64,000 bases of DNA from Dehalococcoidia bacterium. Lineage in GTDB: Bacteria; Chloroflexota; Dehalococcoidia; UBA2979. How positions within the stretch are numbered: position 1 is the stretch's first letter; each line of letters starts with the position of its first letter. Below, one piece after another: positions 30,507-40,252 of the stretch. The DNA lies in NCBI GenBank assembly GCA_046328255.1, contig JAXLWY010000003.1, positions 64,398-128,397 of the forward strand, written 5' to 3'. A model generated the notes under the pieces. It saw nothing but the letters and a program-made list of their open reading frames with translations, made no database searches and was not told the origin of the DNA. The translations under genes were made by a program, and so were the position numbers.

Positions 30507-31330
30507 AGCTGGACATCGACGGGTTGCGGGTCAACGTCGAGCGCTGGGGAGCCGGAGCGGGCGGTCCGCCGGTCGTGCTGCTGCACGGATTCACCGGCAG
30601 CGCCTCGGGATGGGCCGAGGTGGCAAGCATGCTCGCGCCTGAGTTCGAGGTGAATGCGATCGACATCGTCGGCCACGGCCAGACCGACGCTCCCGAGGAC
30701 GTTGAGCGATACGTAATGCGACGCGTCGTCGACGACCTCGCCTCGACGCTGCGCGCGCTGGGTCACGAGCGCGCGACCTGGCTCGGCTACTCGATGGGTG
30801 GGCGCACCGCACTCCAGGTCGCAGTCCATCGCCCCGAGGTGGTGAGTGCGCTGATTCTCGAGGGCGGCACGCCGGGCCTCGAGACCGAGGAGGAACGCAC
30901 CGCGCGCGTCGCCGCCGACGAAGTGCTCGCGCAGAAGGCACTCACCGAGGGCGTCGAGGCGTTCGTCGACTTCTGGCAGGAGGTGGCCCTGTTCGCCTCG
31001 CAGAAGCGGATGCCGCAGGAGCGCCAGGACCGAGTGCGCGCCGGCCGGCTGCGGAACCGCGCGATCGGCCTCGCCAACAGCCTCCGAGGGATGGGAACGG
31101 GTGCGCAGGAGGACGTGCGAGCCCGCCTCGGTGGGGTGCGCGTGCCGGCCTTCCTCATTACGGGCGCCCTCGACACGAAGTTCACCGGGCTTGCGCAGGA
31201 GATGGCAGAGCGGCTTCCGAACGCTACGATTGCAGTCATTGATGACGCGGGGCACGCGGCGCATGTCGAGCGGCCGGGCGAGTTCTCAGCGCTGGTCCTC
31301 GACTTCCTGCGACGCACACACGCCGGCTGA
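30503..31330 (+). CDS. menH: SHCHC synthase (alpha/beta hydrolase).
   Basis: 275 aa. GYSMGG nucleophile elbow. ATGA overlap with menD. Confidence 0.8.
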   Translation: MKLDIDGLRVNVERWGAGAGGPPVVLLHGFTGSASGWAEVASMLAPEFEVNAIDIVGHGQTDAPEDVERYVMRRVVDDLASTLRALGHERATWLGYSMGGRTALQVAVHRPEVVSALILEGGTPGLETEEERTARVAADEVLAQKALTEGVEAFVDFWQEVALFASQKRMPQERQDRVRAGRLRNRAIGLANSLRGMGTGAQEDVRARLGGVRVPAFLITGALDTKFTGLAQEMAERLPNATIAVIDDAGHAAHVERPGEFSALVLDFLRRTHAG

Positions 31331-31363
31331 GGTCGGCGCGACCACACGAAGAGGCACCACCAC

Positions 31364-32182
31364 ATGGCTACTGACTGGCGGACTGTCCGCGAGTACAGCG
31401 ACATCCTGTACGAGAAGACGGACGGCATCGCAAAGATCGCGATCAACCGTCCCGAGGTGCACAACGCGTTCAGACCTCAGACGCTGGACCAGCTGCTCGA
31501 GGCGTTCCGCGACGCGCACCATGACCCCGAGGTGGGTGTGATCCTGCTCACCGGCACCGGCGGACGCTCGTTCTGCTCCGGCGGCGATCAGCGCGTCCGT
31601 GGCGAGGGCGGCTACGTCGGTGACGATGGCGTCCCGCGCCTGAACGTCCTCGAGTTGCAGCGCTACATCCGCACGATGCCCAAGCCCGTGATCGCCCTCG
31701 TGGCGGGGTACGCCATCGGCGGTGGACACGTGCTTCATGTGATCTGCGACCTCACGATTGCCGCCGAGAACGCGCGCTTCGGGCAGACGGGCCCTCGAGT
31801 CGGCTCCTTCGACGCCGGTCTCGGCAGCACGCAGCTGGCGCGAATCGTCGGCCACAAGAAGGCGCGCGAGATCTGGTACCTGTGCCGCCAGTACGACGCC
31901 GCGCAGGCCCTCGCGATGGGACTCGTGAACGCCGTCGTCCCGCTCGACCAGCTGGAGGACGAGGGCGTGAAGTGGGCCCGGGAGATCCTCGGCCACAGCC
32001 CGACCGCGATCCGCTTCATCAAGGCGGCGTTCGTCGCGGACACCGATGGCATCGTCGGTCTGCAGCAGCTCGCGGGGGACGCGACATCGCTCTTCTATCA
32101 GACCGCCGAGGGCAAGGAAGGGCGCAACGCGTTCCTCGAGAAGCGACAGCCCAACTTCGCGCAGTTTCCCCGGCTCCCGTAA
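31364..32182 (+). CDS. menB: 1,4-dihydroxy-2-naphthoyl-CoA synthase.
   Basis: 272 aa crotonase fold with a strong MenB signature ([21 protein letters not shown]). Confidence 0.9.
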   Translation: MATDWRTVREYSDILYEKTDGIAKIAINRPEVHNAFRPQTLDQLLEAFRDAHHDPEVGVILLTGTGGRSFCSGGDQRVRGEGGYVGDDGVPRLNVLELQRYIRTMPKPVIALVAGYAIGGGHVLHVICDLTIAAENARFGQTGPRVGSFDAGLGSTQLARIVGHKKAREIWYLCRQYDAAQALAMGLVNAVVPLDQLEDEGVKWAREILGHSPTAIRFIKAAFVADTDGIVGLQQLAGDATSLFYQTAEGKEGRNAFLEKRQPNFAQFPRLP

Positions 32183-32189
32183 CCGCGCG

Positions 32190-33110
32190 ATGAGCATTCC
32201 GCGGTCCGGCGCTCCCCTCGATATCTCACGCCTGTCGAAGTTCGACATCTGGCGCCTCGCGATCCGGCCACCGACGTTGATGGCCGCCGTCGCGCCCGTG
32301 GTCGTCGGGACCGCGGTCGCCGCTCGTGATGGCGTGCTGGCGTGGTTGCCGGCCGGCGCCGCGATGGTCGGCGGGCTTGCGCTGCAGGTCGCCGCCAACC
32401 TCGCGAACGATGTCTCCGATTTCCGCCACGGCGCCGACACCGAGCATCGAATCGGGCCACCGCGTGTGACGCAGCTGGGACTCCTCACGGAGCGCGAGGT
32501 GGTGGCGGGCCTCTGGGTGGCGATCGGCGTCGCGACGCTCGCCGGGCTTTACCTGACCGCGGTGGCCGGCTGGCCGGTCGTGGCGATCGGGCTCTCCTCG
32601 ATCGGCGCGCTCCTCGCTTACACCGGTGGGCCGTGGCCGTTCGGCTACCGAGGGCTGGGCGAGGTGTTCGTGTTCGCGTTCTTCGGCGTCGCGGCCGTCG
32701 TCGGCACGTACTACGTGCAGGCGCTGCGTGTTTCGGGCGCCGCGCTCGGCGCCTCGATTCCGGTGGGCCTCACGACTTCGGCGATCCTCGTGGTGAACAA
32801 CGTCCGCGACATCCACACCGACCGCGTGGCAGGCAAGCGCACGCTCGCTGTGATCCTCGGGCCGCGGCTCGCGCGCTGGCACTTCGTCCTCACGCTGGTG
32901 GCGGCGTACCTGGCGGCAGCCGCGCTGTGGCTCCTCGGCGAGTTCTCTGCCTGGACGCTGCTCGCATTCCTCAGCCTGCCGCTCGCCTGGGCGCCGACAG
33001 CTGCCGTGCTGGCACAGCGCGAAGGGCCGGCACTCAACACTGCGCTTCGAGCGACCGCCCGATTGCACCTCGTGTTCGGCCTGTTGCTCGCGGTGGGCGT
33101 GGCGCGGTAG
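32190..33110 (+). CDS. menA: 1,4-dihydroxy-2-naphthoate polyprenyltransferase.
   Basis: UbiA-family membrane protein (NDVSD, ...DIHTDRVAGKRTLAV). Confidence 0.85.
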   Translation: MSIPRSGAPLDISRLSKFDIWRLAIRPPTLMAAVAPVVVGTAVAARDGVLAWLPAGAAMVGGLALQVAANLANDVSDFRHGADTEHRIGPPRVTQLGLLTEREVVAGLWVAIGVATLAGLYLTAVAGWPVVAIGLSSIGALLAYTGGPWPFGYRGLGEVFVFAFFGVAAVVGTYYVQALRVSGAALGASIPVGLTTSAILVVNNVRDIHTDRVAGKRTLAVILGPRLARWHFVLTLVAAYLAAAALWLLGEFSAWTLLAFLSLPLAWAPTAAVLAQREGPALNTALRATARLHLVFGLLLAVGVAR

Positions 33111-33119
33111 CGCCTCGCT

Positions 33120-34268
33120 GTGGACCCCTCGAGGTCGCCCGCTCTCGAGCTCGTCCGCCGCACCTCCATCCGCTGGCGGCCGTTCCGCCTGCCGATGCGC
33201 CACCGCTTCGAGGCGGCGCACGGCGCGCTCGCCGATCGCGAGGGCGTCCTCCTCGAGCTCGCGGCCGCCGATGGCGTCACGGGGATGGGTGAGGCCTCGC
33301 CGATGGCCTCGATCGGCGGTGGGACCATGGCCGACGTGCTCGCGCTCCTCGAAGCGCACGCGGCCGCGTTGCTCCGCTCGGGTGACCCTCTCGACGTGCT
33401 GCCGCTCGTGGGGCCGGGCGTGGCCGCCCTGCGCTGCGCCGTCGATGTCGCGCTACTCGATCTCGAGGGCCACCGTCGAGGGATGCCGATCGCGCGACTC
33501 CTTGCGGCGGACGCGCCGGACGACGTCGCCGTGAACGCAATCATCGGCGGTGGCACACCGGCGGAAGTCGCGGCGAACGCCCTCGAAGCGCGCGCGGCGG
33601 GGTACTCCGTCGTCAAGCTGAAGGTCGGCATCGGCAGCGTCGAGGAGGACGTGGCACGGGTTCGCGCCGTCGGTGACGCCTGGCCACGGGCCATCATCCG
33701 CCTCGATGCGAACGGCGCGTGGAGCGAGGCAACGGCGCGCGAAGCTCTCGAGGCACTCGAGGGGCTGGAGGTCGAGCTGCTCGAGCAGCCGGTGCCTGCC
33801 GCAGATGTCGAGGCGCTGGGCCGCCTGACGCGAGTGACGGCCATCCCCCTCGGTGCGGACGAGGCACTGCGCGACGTGAGCACCCGGCAGGCGGTCCTCG
33901 GCGCGCGCGCTGCCGAGGTACTGGAGCTGAAGCCGATGGTCGTTGGCGGACTGCGTGAGGCGCTCGACATCGCGCGCGAGGGCGCCGGCCTGGGCATGCG
34001 GGCGCTCGCGACGACCACGTTCGATTCGAGCGTCGGGACGGCGGCCGCGCTGCACCTCGCCGCGGCGTTGCGTGCGGTGGCGCCGGGCAGCGAGCTGGCG
34101 CACGGCCTCGGCACCGGGGAACACCTCGCGGGGGACCTCGTGACACCGACGCTCGTGGCGACCAGCGGTCGCATGCGCGTGCCCCTCGGCGGCGGGCTCG
34201 GCATCGAGGTGGACACGGACGCCCTCGAGCGCCGGGCGCTGGGGCCGTGGCGGAACCTGAGTGCCTGA
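33120..34268 (+). CDS. menC: o-Succinylbenzoate synthase (enolase superfamily).
   Basis: 382 aa. MR/MLE motifs (KLKVG, IRLDANGAW, ELLEQP). GTG start. Confidence 0.8.
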   Translation: MDPSRSPALELVRRTSIRWRPFRLPMRHRFEAAHGALADREGVLLELAAADGVTGMGEASPMASIGGGTMADVLALLEAHAAALLRSGDPLDVLPLVGPGVAALRCAVDVALLDLEGHRRGMPIARLLAADAPDDVAVNAIIGGGTPAEVAANALEARAAGYSVVKLKVGIGSVEEDVARVRAVGDAWPRAIIRLDANGAWSEATAREALEALEGLEVELLEQPVPAADVEALGRLTRVTAIPLGADEALRDVSTRQAVLGARAAEVLELKPMVVGGLREALDIAREGAGLGMRALATTTFDSSVGTAAALHLAAALRAVAPGSELAHGLGTGEHLAGDLVTPTLVATSGRMRVPLGGGLGIEVDTDALERRALGPWRNLSA

Positions 34269-34323
34269 GTGGTCCCGTACTCTCGAAGGCGGTCAGAGTC
34301 GAACGCAGGCTGGGGAGCACCGA

Positions 34324-34932
34324 GTGCGCACACTCGTCGTGTCGGAGTTCGTGACGCTGGACGGGGTGATCGAGGCGCCCGGTGGCGAGACCTCGCACCC
34401 CCACACGGGCTGGACGATCCCGTTCGGGACGCCAGAGCTGTACGCCTACAAGCTGCGCGAGACCCTCGAGGCCGAGTCGCTGCTCCTCGGGCGCCGGACC
34501 TACGAGATGTTCGCCGAGGCGTGGTCGGTGCGCGACGGTGAGTTCGCCGACAAGATGAACGCGATGCCGAAGCACGTCGCCACCAGGACGCTGGAGCGCC
34601 TCGAGTGGAACGCCACACGCCTCGAGGGGCCGCTTCCCGCCGCGGTCGACGCCCTGCGGCACACCGAGGGCGGTCCGATCCTCCTTGCTGGCAGCGCGAC
34701 GCTCGCACAGACCCTTTTGCAGCACGGCCTCGTCGACGAACTGCGGCTGATGGTGTTCCCGGTCGCCATCGGCGGCGGCCTGCGACTGTTCCCCGAGGGC
34801 CGTCGGCGCCAGGCCTTCGAACTCGTCGAGCTGGAGCGCTATTCGAGCGGCGTCCTGCGGCAGATGTACCGGCCGACTGCGGAGCCGGATGCCGACTCCG
34901 GGGCGGCGGAACTCCAGGCCGCGCTTCGCTGA
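34324..34932 (+). CDS. Dihydrofolate-reductase-like protein (RibD C-terminal domain family).
   Basis: Start taken at a GTG with GGGGAG ribosome-binding site 6 nt upstream. Motifs VSEFVTLDGV...LLLGRRTYEMF...PILLAGSATL. Confidence 0.65.
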   Translation: MRTLVVSEFVTLDGVIEAPGGETSHPHTGWTIPFGTPELYAYKLRETLEAESLLLGRRTYEMFAEAWSVRDGEFADKMNAMPKHVATRTLERLEWNATRLEGPLPAAVDALRHTEGGPILLAGSATLAQTLLQHGLVDELRLMVFPVAIGGGLRLFPEGRRRQAFELVELERYSSGVLRQMYRPTAEPDADSGAAELQAALR

Positions 34933-34975
34933 GCGGCGGTCGCTCGAGCACGCCCGCGCCTGCCGGGGACGGTCC

Positions 34976-35626
34976 TCAGCGCGTGGCAGCCTCGAGGGGC
35001 GCGGGCGTACCCGTGCATGCGCGCCATGCCTGCGCAAGGAACACGCGGCCGTAGGCGGCGCCGGGGCAGTGGTTCTGCACGATGTGGTCCTCGAAGATGC
35101 CGTAGTTGCGCGTGAAGAAGTCGCGGCCCGCGAAGGCACGCGTGATGTCGAGGTAGGCGGCGCGCTCGCCCGGTGCAGGCACGTAGGCCTCGTCCACGGC
35201 GGGTGACGTCCAGAGCACGGATTCGAGGAGCGCGCGCACCGAGTCGACGCCGACGCGCACGAACGACTGCTGGTCCGCGGTCTCCGGGATGCCGAGGCGT
35301 ACGCACGCCCTCGCCAGCAGTGAGTGCATTGCTCGAGCCCACGCTTCGGTGCGCAGAGTGCCCGGCGCGGCTGTCGAGGCGGCTTCGCCGTAGGCCTCGA
35401 GGACGGCGCTCTCGTCGACGAGCTCCGGTAGTGCCTCGAGCAGGGCGTGGAGCTGCGGCGCGAACCCCTCCTGGAACTTCGACACCAGCGCCGAGTCCTC
35501 GTCGAGCCGTGCCAGCCGCCGCCACTCGGCGACGCCGACCTCACGCTCAAGCCAGTTACGCATGCGCGCCTCGAAGGCTACGAACGCCTCAGAGCCGGGC
35601 GCGGGCGGGGGGACGGATGCGGTCAT
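34976..35626 (-). CDS. Hypothetical protein.
   Basis: 216 aa from the MTASVPPP ATG. Helical, protein-like composition. Downstream of the ABC permease on the same strand. Confidence 0.4.
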   Translation of the reverse strand: MTASVPPPAPGSEAFVAFEARMRNWLEREVGVAEWRRLARLDEDSALVSKFQEGFAPQLHALLEALPELVDESAVLEAYGEAASTAAPGTLRTEAWARAMHSLLARACVRLGIPETADQQSFVRVGVDSVRALLESVLWTSPAVDEAYVPAPGERAAYLDITRAFAGRDFFTRNYGIFEDHIVQNHCPGAAYGRVFLAQAWRACTGTPAPLEAATR

Positions 35627-35772
35627 GGCCCGGAGTGTGGGCCCTGAGGGTGGCCGCAGCAAGCGACGGAGGTCACCGCCGGAGACGCCGTGCCGCATCC
35701 TCACCCGAGGGCAGCAAGAAGCCCCCGCGCGAGCGGGGGCTTCGTCGTATCGAGTCGCCTCGATCGCCCGTG

Positions 35773-36723
35773 CTAGCTGTACCGGATGCGCGGGTCCAGC
35801 CACGAGTAGGAGATGTCCACCATGAGGTTCGAGAGCAGGCTCACGCTCACGAGGATGAGCAGGATGCCCTGGACCAGCGGGTAGTCGCGCTGCGTGACCG
35901 CATCGATGTAGGTGCGGCCGATGCCGTTGATGGCGAAGACGCTCTCGACGATGACGGAGCCACCGATGACGCCCGCCACCTGGAATCCGAGGAGTGTCAC
36001 CACCGGGATGAGGGCGTTCCGGAACGCGTGCTTGTAGATGACGCTCATCTCCGCGAGGCCCTTGGCGCGCGCGGTGCGGACGTAGTCCTCACGCATGGCC
36101 TCGAGCATCGTGGTGCGGATCATGCGCATGTTCGAGGCCGAAGCGCTCAGACCAAGCACGGTCGCGCCCGGGATGAACTGCTGCAGGTTACCGAACGGGT
36201 TGGTGAAGATGCTCTGGTACGACATTGGTGGGAACCAGCCGAACCAGACGGCGCCGTAGATGATGACGAGCGTCGCCAGGAAGAAGTTGGGAATCGAGAT
36301 CCCGCCGATCGATATCGATCGGCCGATGTAGTCGATCCATGTGTCCTGGTAGATCGCGGATACCACCCCGATGGGTACCGCGATGATGAGGCCAATCGTC
36401 AGGGCGAGGAATCCGAGCTCGAACGAGATCGGCAGCGCGCGCCCGATGACCGCGGTCACCGGCTTGTTCTGCCAGTACGACTTGCCCCAGTCGCCCGTCA
36501 CGATGCCGCTGATCCAGCGCACGTACTGGATGTACGGCGGGACATCGAGGCCGAGCTCCTTGCGCAGCTTCTCGAGGAGTGCGGGGTCTGAGCCTCGCGA
36601 CTCCGCCATCTGCGCGACGATCGCGTCGCCGGGCATGATGCGCAGCAGCCCGAAGGTGAACATCGTCGTCACGATGATCGTCGGAATGAGGTAGAGGAGT
36701 CGCCGGATGATGTAGCGCTGCAT
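35773..36723 (-). CDS. ABC transporter permease (DppB/OppB family); no cognate partners adjacent.
   Basis: 316 aa, 6 transmembrane segments. EAA-like loop (RTARAKGLAEMSVIYKHAFRNAL). GGAGGG ribosome-binding site 6 nt upstream of ATG 36723. Confidence 0.85.
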   Translation of the reverse strand: MQRYIIRRLLYLIPTIIVTTMFTFGLLRIMPGDAIVAQMAESRGSDPALLEKLRKELGLDVPPYIQYVRWISGIVTGDWGKSYWQNKPVTAVIGRALPISFELGFLALTIGLIIAVPIGVVSAIYQDTWIDYIGRSISIGGISIPNFFLATLVIIYGAVWFGWFPPMSYQSIFTNPFGNLQQFIPGATVLGLSASASNMRMIRTTMLEAMREDYVRTARAKGLAEMSVIYKHAFRNALIPVVTLLGFQVAGVIGGSVIVESVFAINGIGRTYIDAVTQRDYPLVQGILLILVSVSLLSNLMVDISYSWLDPRIRYS

Positions 36724-37083
36724 CAGTTCCCTCCGCTCGGTCGAGGTGTCGACCTCAACCCCTCTGCGTACCGACGTCCGAAAACGACGCCTGCCCCGAT
36801 AGTACGCACACGATGGCCGGTCCGATCTGTCGAGGCCCTCGGAACATCGACATCGACCGGACCCACCGGCACCCGAGGGCGGCGGCAGGTCACGAATGTG
36901 TACCCGATCGGGCCGGATCCTGCAACACGACCGTTTGTGTTGTGTCAGAGCCTTGCGAGCCCCTCGAGTCCCGCTCGGCTGTCGGATTTGACGCGGCGGG
37001 GTCGCGCCCGGAGAATCAGGCGCCACTGTAATTGCGCGCGTGCCGGGCGCTCGCAGGCGCCATCGAGGGGTGACAGGGCCGTA

Positions 37084-37764
37084 ATGCCTGACTACTACTA
37101 TTTCGACCTCCATTCACACTCCACCGACGCCTCCGACGACGCCGGCGGCACCGTCGAGGGCTACCTGAAGTGGATCGTGGCTCGCCGGAAGAAGGGGTAC
37201 AAGATCAACGGGATCGTGCTGACGGAGCACCGCCAGTTCGACCCGAACGTCGACTACTCGGCGCTGGCGGAGCAGTACGACGTGGTGGTGCTCAAGGGTG
37301 CCGAGGTGGAGACGGACATCGGGCACGTCCTCACCTATGGGCTCACCCCGCAGTTCACCTCGCAGTTCGACCTCTCGAACGTCTCGCTGCCCTACCAGGA
37401 CGTGTTTAACGCGATGTACGACTGCGGCGGGTTCGCCGTCGGCGCGCACGCCGGTCGGCCGCGCATCGGCCTCGAGGAGCACTACCGGCTCCGAGGTGTC
37501 TCGGTTCCGCCGGTGAAGGTCGTCGAGCAGCTGAATGGCGGCAGCAACGACGAGGAGAACGGCCGCGCGCTGGTTTTCGCGAAGGAGCACGGACTCGGCC
37601 GCGTGGGGGGCTCCGACGCGCACTTCGTCAGCGCGATCGGGCGCTGCCTCACCGCGTTCAGGCGACCGGTGAAGTCCGTGGAGGACCTGGTCCAGGAGCT
37701 GAAGAGCGGTGAGTTCTTCCCGGTGACGGTCGAGCAGACGCTGACCGGACACGGGGACGAGTAG
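37084..37764 (+). CDS. PHP-domain phosphoesterase.
   Basis: FDLHSHS motif at the N-terminus, with later His/Asp ligands (GAHAGRP, GGSDAH). Confidence 0.7.
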   Translation: MPDYYYFDLHSHSTDASDDAGGTVEGYLKWIVARRKKGYKINGIVLTEHRQFDPNVDYSALAEQYDVVVLKGAEVETDIGHVLTYGLTPQFTSQFDLSNVSLPYQDVFNAMYDCGGFAVGAHAGRPRIGLEEHYRLRGVSVPPVKVVEQLNGGSNDEENGRALVFAKEHGLGRVGGSDAHFVSAIGRCLTAFRRPVKSVEDLVQELKSGEFFPVTVEQTLTGHGDE

Positions 37765-37832
37765 GCTCGCAGCGCAACGCAGGGCATCGGTTCGCAGCCC
37801 CGAGGACGACTCGGGCAGGCCTCGGAGGGGCA

Positions 37833-38294
37833 ATGACAGCAGACGGTACGCAGGACGCGCAGTTCGAGTACGACAAGAGCGTCGTGGGCGTACAGGTGCA
37901 GCTCGGTGAGTTCACCATTACGTCGGAGCAGGTGCAGAAGTACTGCGCCACCATGGGCGAGCAGAACCCGCAGTTCACCTCGGGGAAGACGGCGCCACCC
38001 GGCATGCTGAGCTCGGTCTCGTTCGGGGGCGGGCAGGCGCTCGATCCGAAGGTGAAGTTCGGCAACACCTCGTTCATGGCCGGCTCGCGCATGGAATTCA
38101 AGCAGCCGCTCGAGGTGGGCAAGCCGATCAGGGCGCAGACTTCGGTGAAAGAGGTATACGGGAAGACCGGTCGCACCGGCACGATGGTCTTCATCGTGCG
38201 GCGGACCGAATTCCTCGATTCCGCGAGCGGCTCGCTGCTCGGCGCGATGGAGCAGTCGACCGTGCTCCGCGAGACGGAGGCCGTGCGTGAGTGA
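37833..38294 (+). CDS. MaoC-like (hot-dog) dehydratase, HadA-like N-terminal subunit.
   Basis: 153 aa hot-dog fold. Followed by a second hot-dog gene with a GTG/TGA overlap. Confidence 0.65.
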   Translation: MTADGTQDAQFEYDKSVVGVQVQLGEFTITSEQVQKYCATMGEQNPQFTSGKTAPPGMLSSVSFGGGQALDPKVKFGNTSFMAGSRMEFKQPLEVGKPIRAQTSVKEVYGKTGRTGTMVFIVRRTEFLDSASGSLLGAMEQSTVLRETEAVRE

Positions 38295-38727
38295 TCAGCG
38301 CTTCTTCGACGAGGTCAGCCTCGGCGATGAATACGCCGAGGAGATGACGCCGACTCCCGAGCTCGTGCGCGACTTCCTGGCGTTGAACCCCGCCCGAGGG
38401 GGACCCGGCGACGGCCGCTTCACCAGCGACGAGGGTGCACGCAGCATCGGCATGCGGGCGGCGATCGTGCCCGGCGTGATGAGCATGTCGATCATCAGCC
38501 GCCTCGTCGAGGACTGGATGGGCCCGCAGGGCACCCTCCACTCCCTCGATGTGTCGTACCGCCGTCCGGTGCTGCAGGGCGATGAGCTCAAGCTGCAGGC
38601 GCTGGTGACCGATGCCGATGAGACGCCCGAGGGCCCTCGAGTGAAGCTCGACGTCTACATGGAGAACGCGCGCGGCGAGCGCCCGCTGCAGGGCACCGCC
38701 GTGGTGGAGCTGCCTCGGAAGGCGTAA
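38287..38727 (+). CDS. MaoC-family (R)-specific hydratase/dehydratase, HadB-like subunit.
   Basis: 146 aa hot-dog fold (...GARSIGMRAAIVPGVM...). Confidence 0.65.
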   Translation: MSDQRFFDEVSLGDEYAEEMTPTPELVRDFLALNPARGGPGDGRFTSDEGARSIGMRAAIVPGVMSMSIISRLVEDWMGPQGTLHSLDVSYRRPVLQGDELKLQALVTDADETPEGPRVKLDVYMENARGERPLQGTAVVELPRKA

Positions 38728-38886
38728 CCACCGAGTCGCGACGTAATCCGGCCGCCGCTCGCGGCGGTCGAAGACAGAACGAGGCGGCCATGAAGCCGCC
38801 TCGTTGGTTCGTCACGGGTGCGAGGCTTGAATCGGCGTCGACCGAACCTGACCCGCCCGGTGCGCCGAGTTATGGTTGGCCGGCCC

Positions 38887-39372
38887 TCAATCCCAGGGCC
38901 AGCGATCGGTTCCCTCGAGGAGCGCGCGCAGGTGGTTCACCTCGCCCGCGTGGTAGAGGTCGTGCTCCTGGACGATGCGCACGATGTCGCGAATCTGCAT
39001 CCGCTCGTGCCAGGGCGTTGGTCGCTCCTCGGTCAGTCGGAGGTCGGTGATCGCACCCAGCGAGGTCGTGAACCGCCGGTGTCCCTCGCGCAGCCACTCG
39101 ACGACGGCTTCGCGGCCCGATGGCGCCACCACCGGCGGCTGGCCGTTCTCAAACGTGGCGTCACCGAACGCGTAGTTCTCGTACATGTACTTCGCGCCGC
39201 CGACGTGCCCGAGGATGGCGCCGACCGTGCGCCCGGCACCCTCGGGCACCTTGCTCCACGCGTCGTCGGGGAAGCTGGCGACGTTCGCGAGCAGGGAGTG
39301 CTCACCACCGTCGAACGCCTGGTCCAGCAGCCAGACGAGGTGCTCCACGGTCGAGCGCGGTCCTGAGGCCAT
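38887..39372 (-). CDS. DinB/YfiT-family (DinB_2) protein.
   Basis: 161 aa. His-rich four-helix motifs (GHVGGAKYMYENYAF, VQEHDLYHAGEV). GGAGG ribosome-binding site. Confidence 0.65.
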   Translation of the reverse strand: MASGPRSTVEHLVWLLDQAFDGGEHSLLANVASFPDDAWSKVPEGAGRTVGAILGHVGGAKYMYENYAFGDATFENGQPPVVAPSGREAVVEWLREGHRRFTTSLGAITDLRLTEERPTPWHERMQIRDIVRIVQEHDLYHAGEVNHLRALLEGTDRWPWD

Positions 39373-39416
39373 GCCCCCTCCTCGAGGTTGATGCGACCTG
39401 TCCAGCGTACCGCGCG

Positions 39417-40070
39417 CTACCCCTCGCCCTGGCCGACCTCCATCTGCAGCCGTTGCATCACCCTCTCGAACGCCGGGTACTCCTGCGCGCCGACGATCGC
39501 GTACTTCTCGTTGAAGATGAACGTGGGGATGCCCGTGACGCCGATGGCGCGCGACCACTCGATGCCGGCGTCCACCTCGTCTGCGAAGCGCCCGGTCGTC
39601 AGTGCGTCGCGCACGTCGTCACGGTCCATCGAGTGCTGCCCGGCGATATCGGTTAGCACGTCGATGTTCGAGATGTCGGCGTGGTCGTCGAAGTGCGCCT
39701 TGAACAGCTGCCGGTGGAGCGCGTCGATGGCGGCGCCTTCGAGGCCATGCCCGTACGCGTACTCCTGCAGCTCGAGCGCCCGGTGCGTGTTCGGGGTGAA
39801 GCGGCGCCCTCGCCGGAACAGGATGCCCGACTCCTCGCCGCGCAGCTCGAGGTGGGACTTCGGCGTGTCCGCCGTGGTGGTGGGTTCGCGGGTCCGACCC
39901 TCAGGCGGGATCGTGGGATCGAGGAAGAAGGGGACCCACCGGACGTGCGTGTCCGGATACTCGCGCTGGACCTTCTCGACCTCCACGAGGCCGACGTAAC
40001 ACCACGGTCAGATGAAGTCTGACACCACCAGCAACGAAATGCCGCTTGCCTTCGAGTCGTCCTGGACCAC
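39417..40070 (-). CDS. DsbA/FrnE-family thiol-disulfide oxidoreductase with an in-frame TGA at the first active-site Cys position; candidate selenoprotein (UxxC) or nonsense pseudogene.
   Basis: GTG 40070 with GAGGAG ribosome-binding site 6 nt upstream. Reads MVQDDSKASGISLLVVSDFI-TGA(40010..40008)-PWCYVGLVEVEKVQREYPD..., then 189 aa of FrnE-like sequence in the same frame. An 8-bp hairpin UCGGCCUC-GUG-GAGGUCGA starts 14 nt after the UGA. Confidence 0.5.
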
Positions 40071-40252
40071 GCGCTGCTCCTCGAGTCCCGGTGTGGCGAG
40101 CGCCACGTTGATCTGGTGTATCGCATGCATCGTAGCAATCGGAGCCGCGCACCGCGCCATCGAGGCGCGAAGGCGCGGGTTTGTCCCGAGCGCGGACGTC
40201 TCGCCGTCGGATTAGCCTCCGAGATGACGTTCGGTCCGGCTGACGAGGGACC

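Noticed and set aside
36724-37083. Possible structured element in the 360-nt divergent region between the ABC permease and the PHP gene (SalI-like gtcgac core, lower-GC gtttgtgttgtgtcag stretch).
   Set aside because: Only short imperfect palindromes. It is most simply a bidirectional promoter region, and no conserved motif was recognised.
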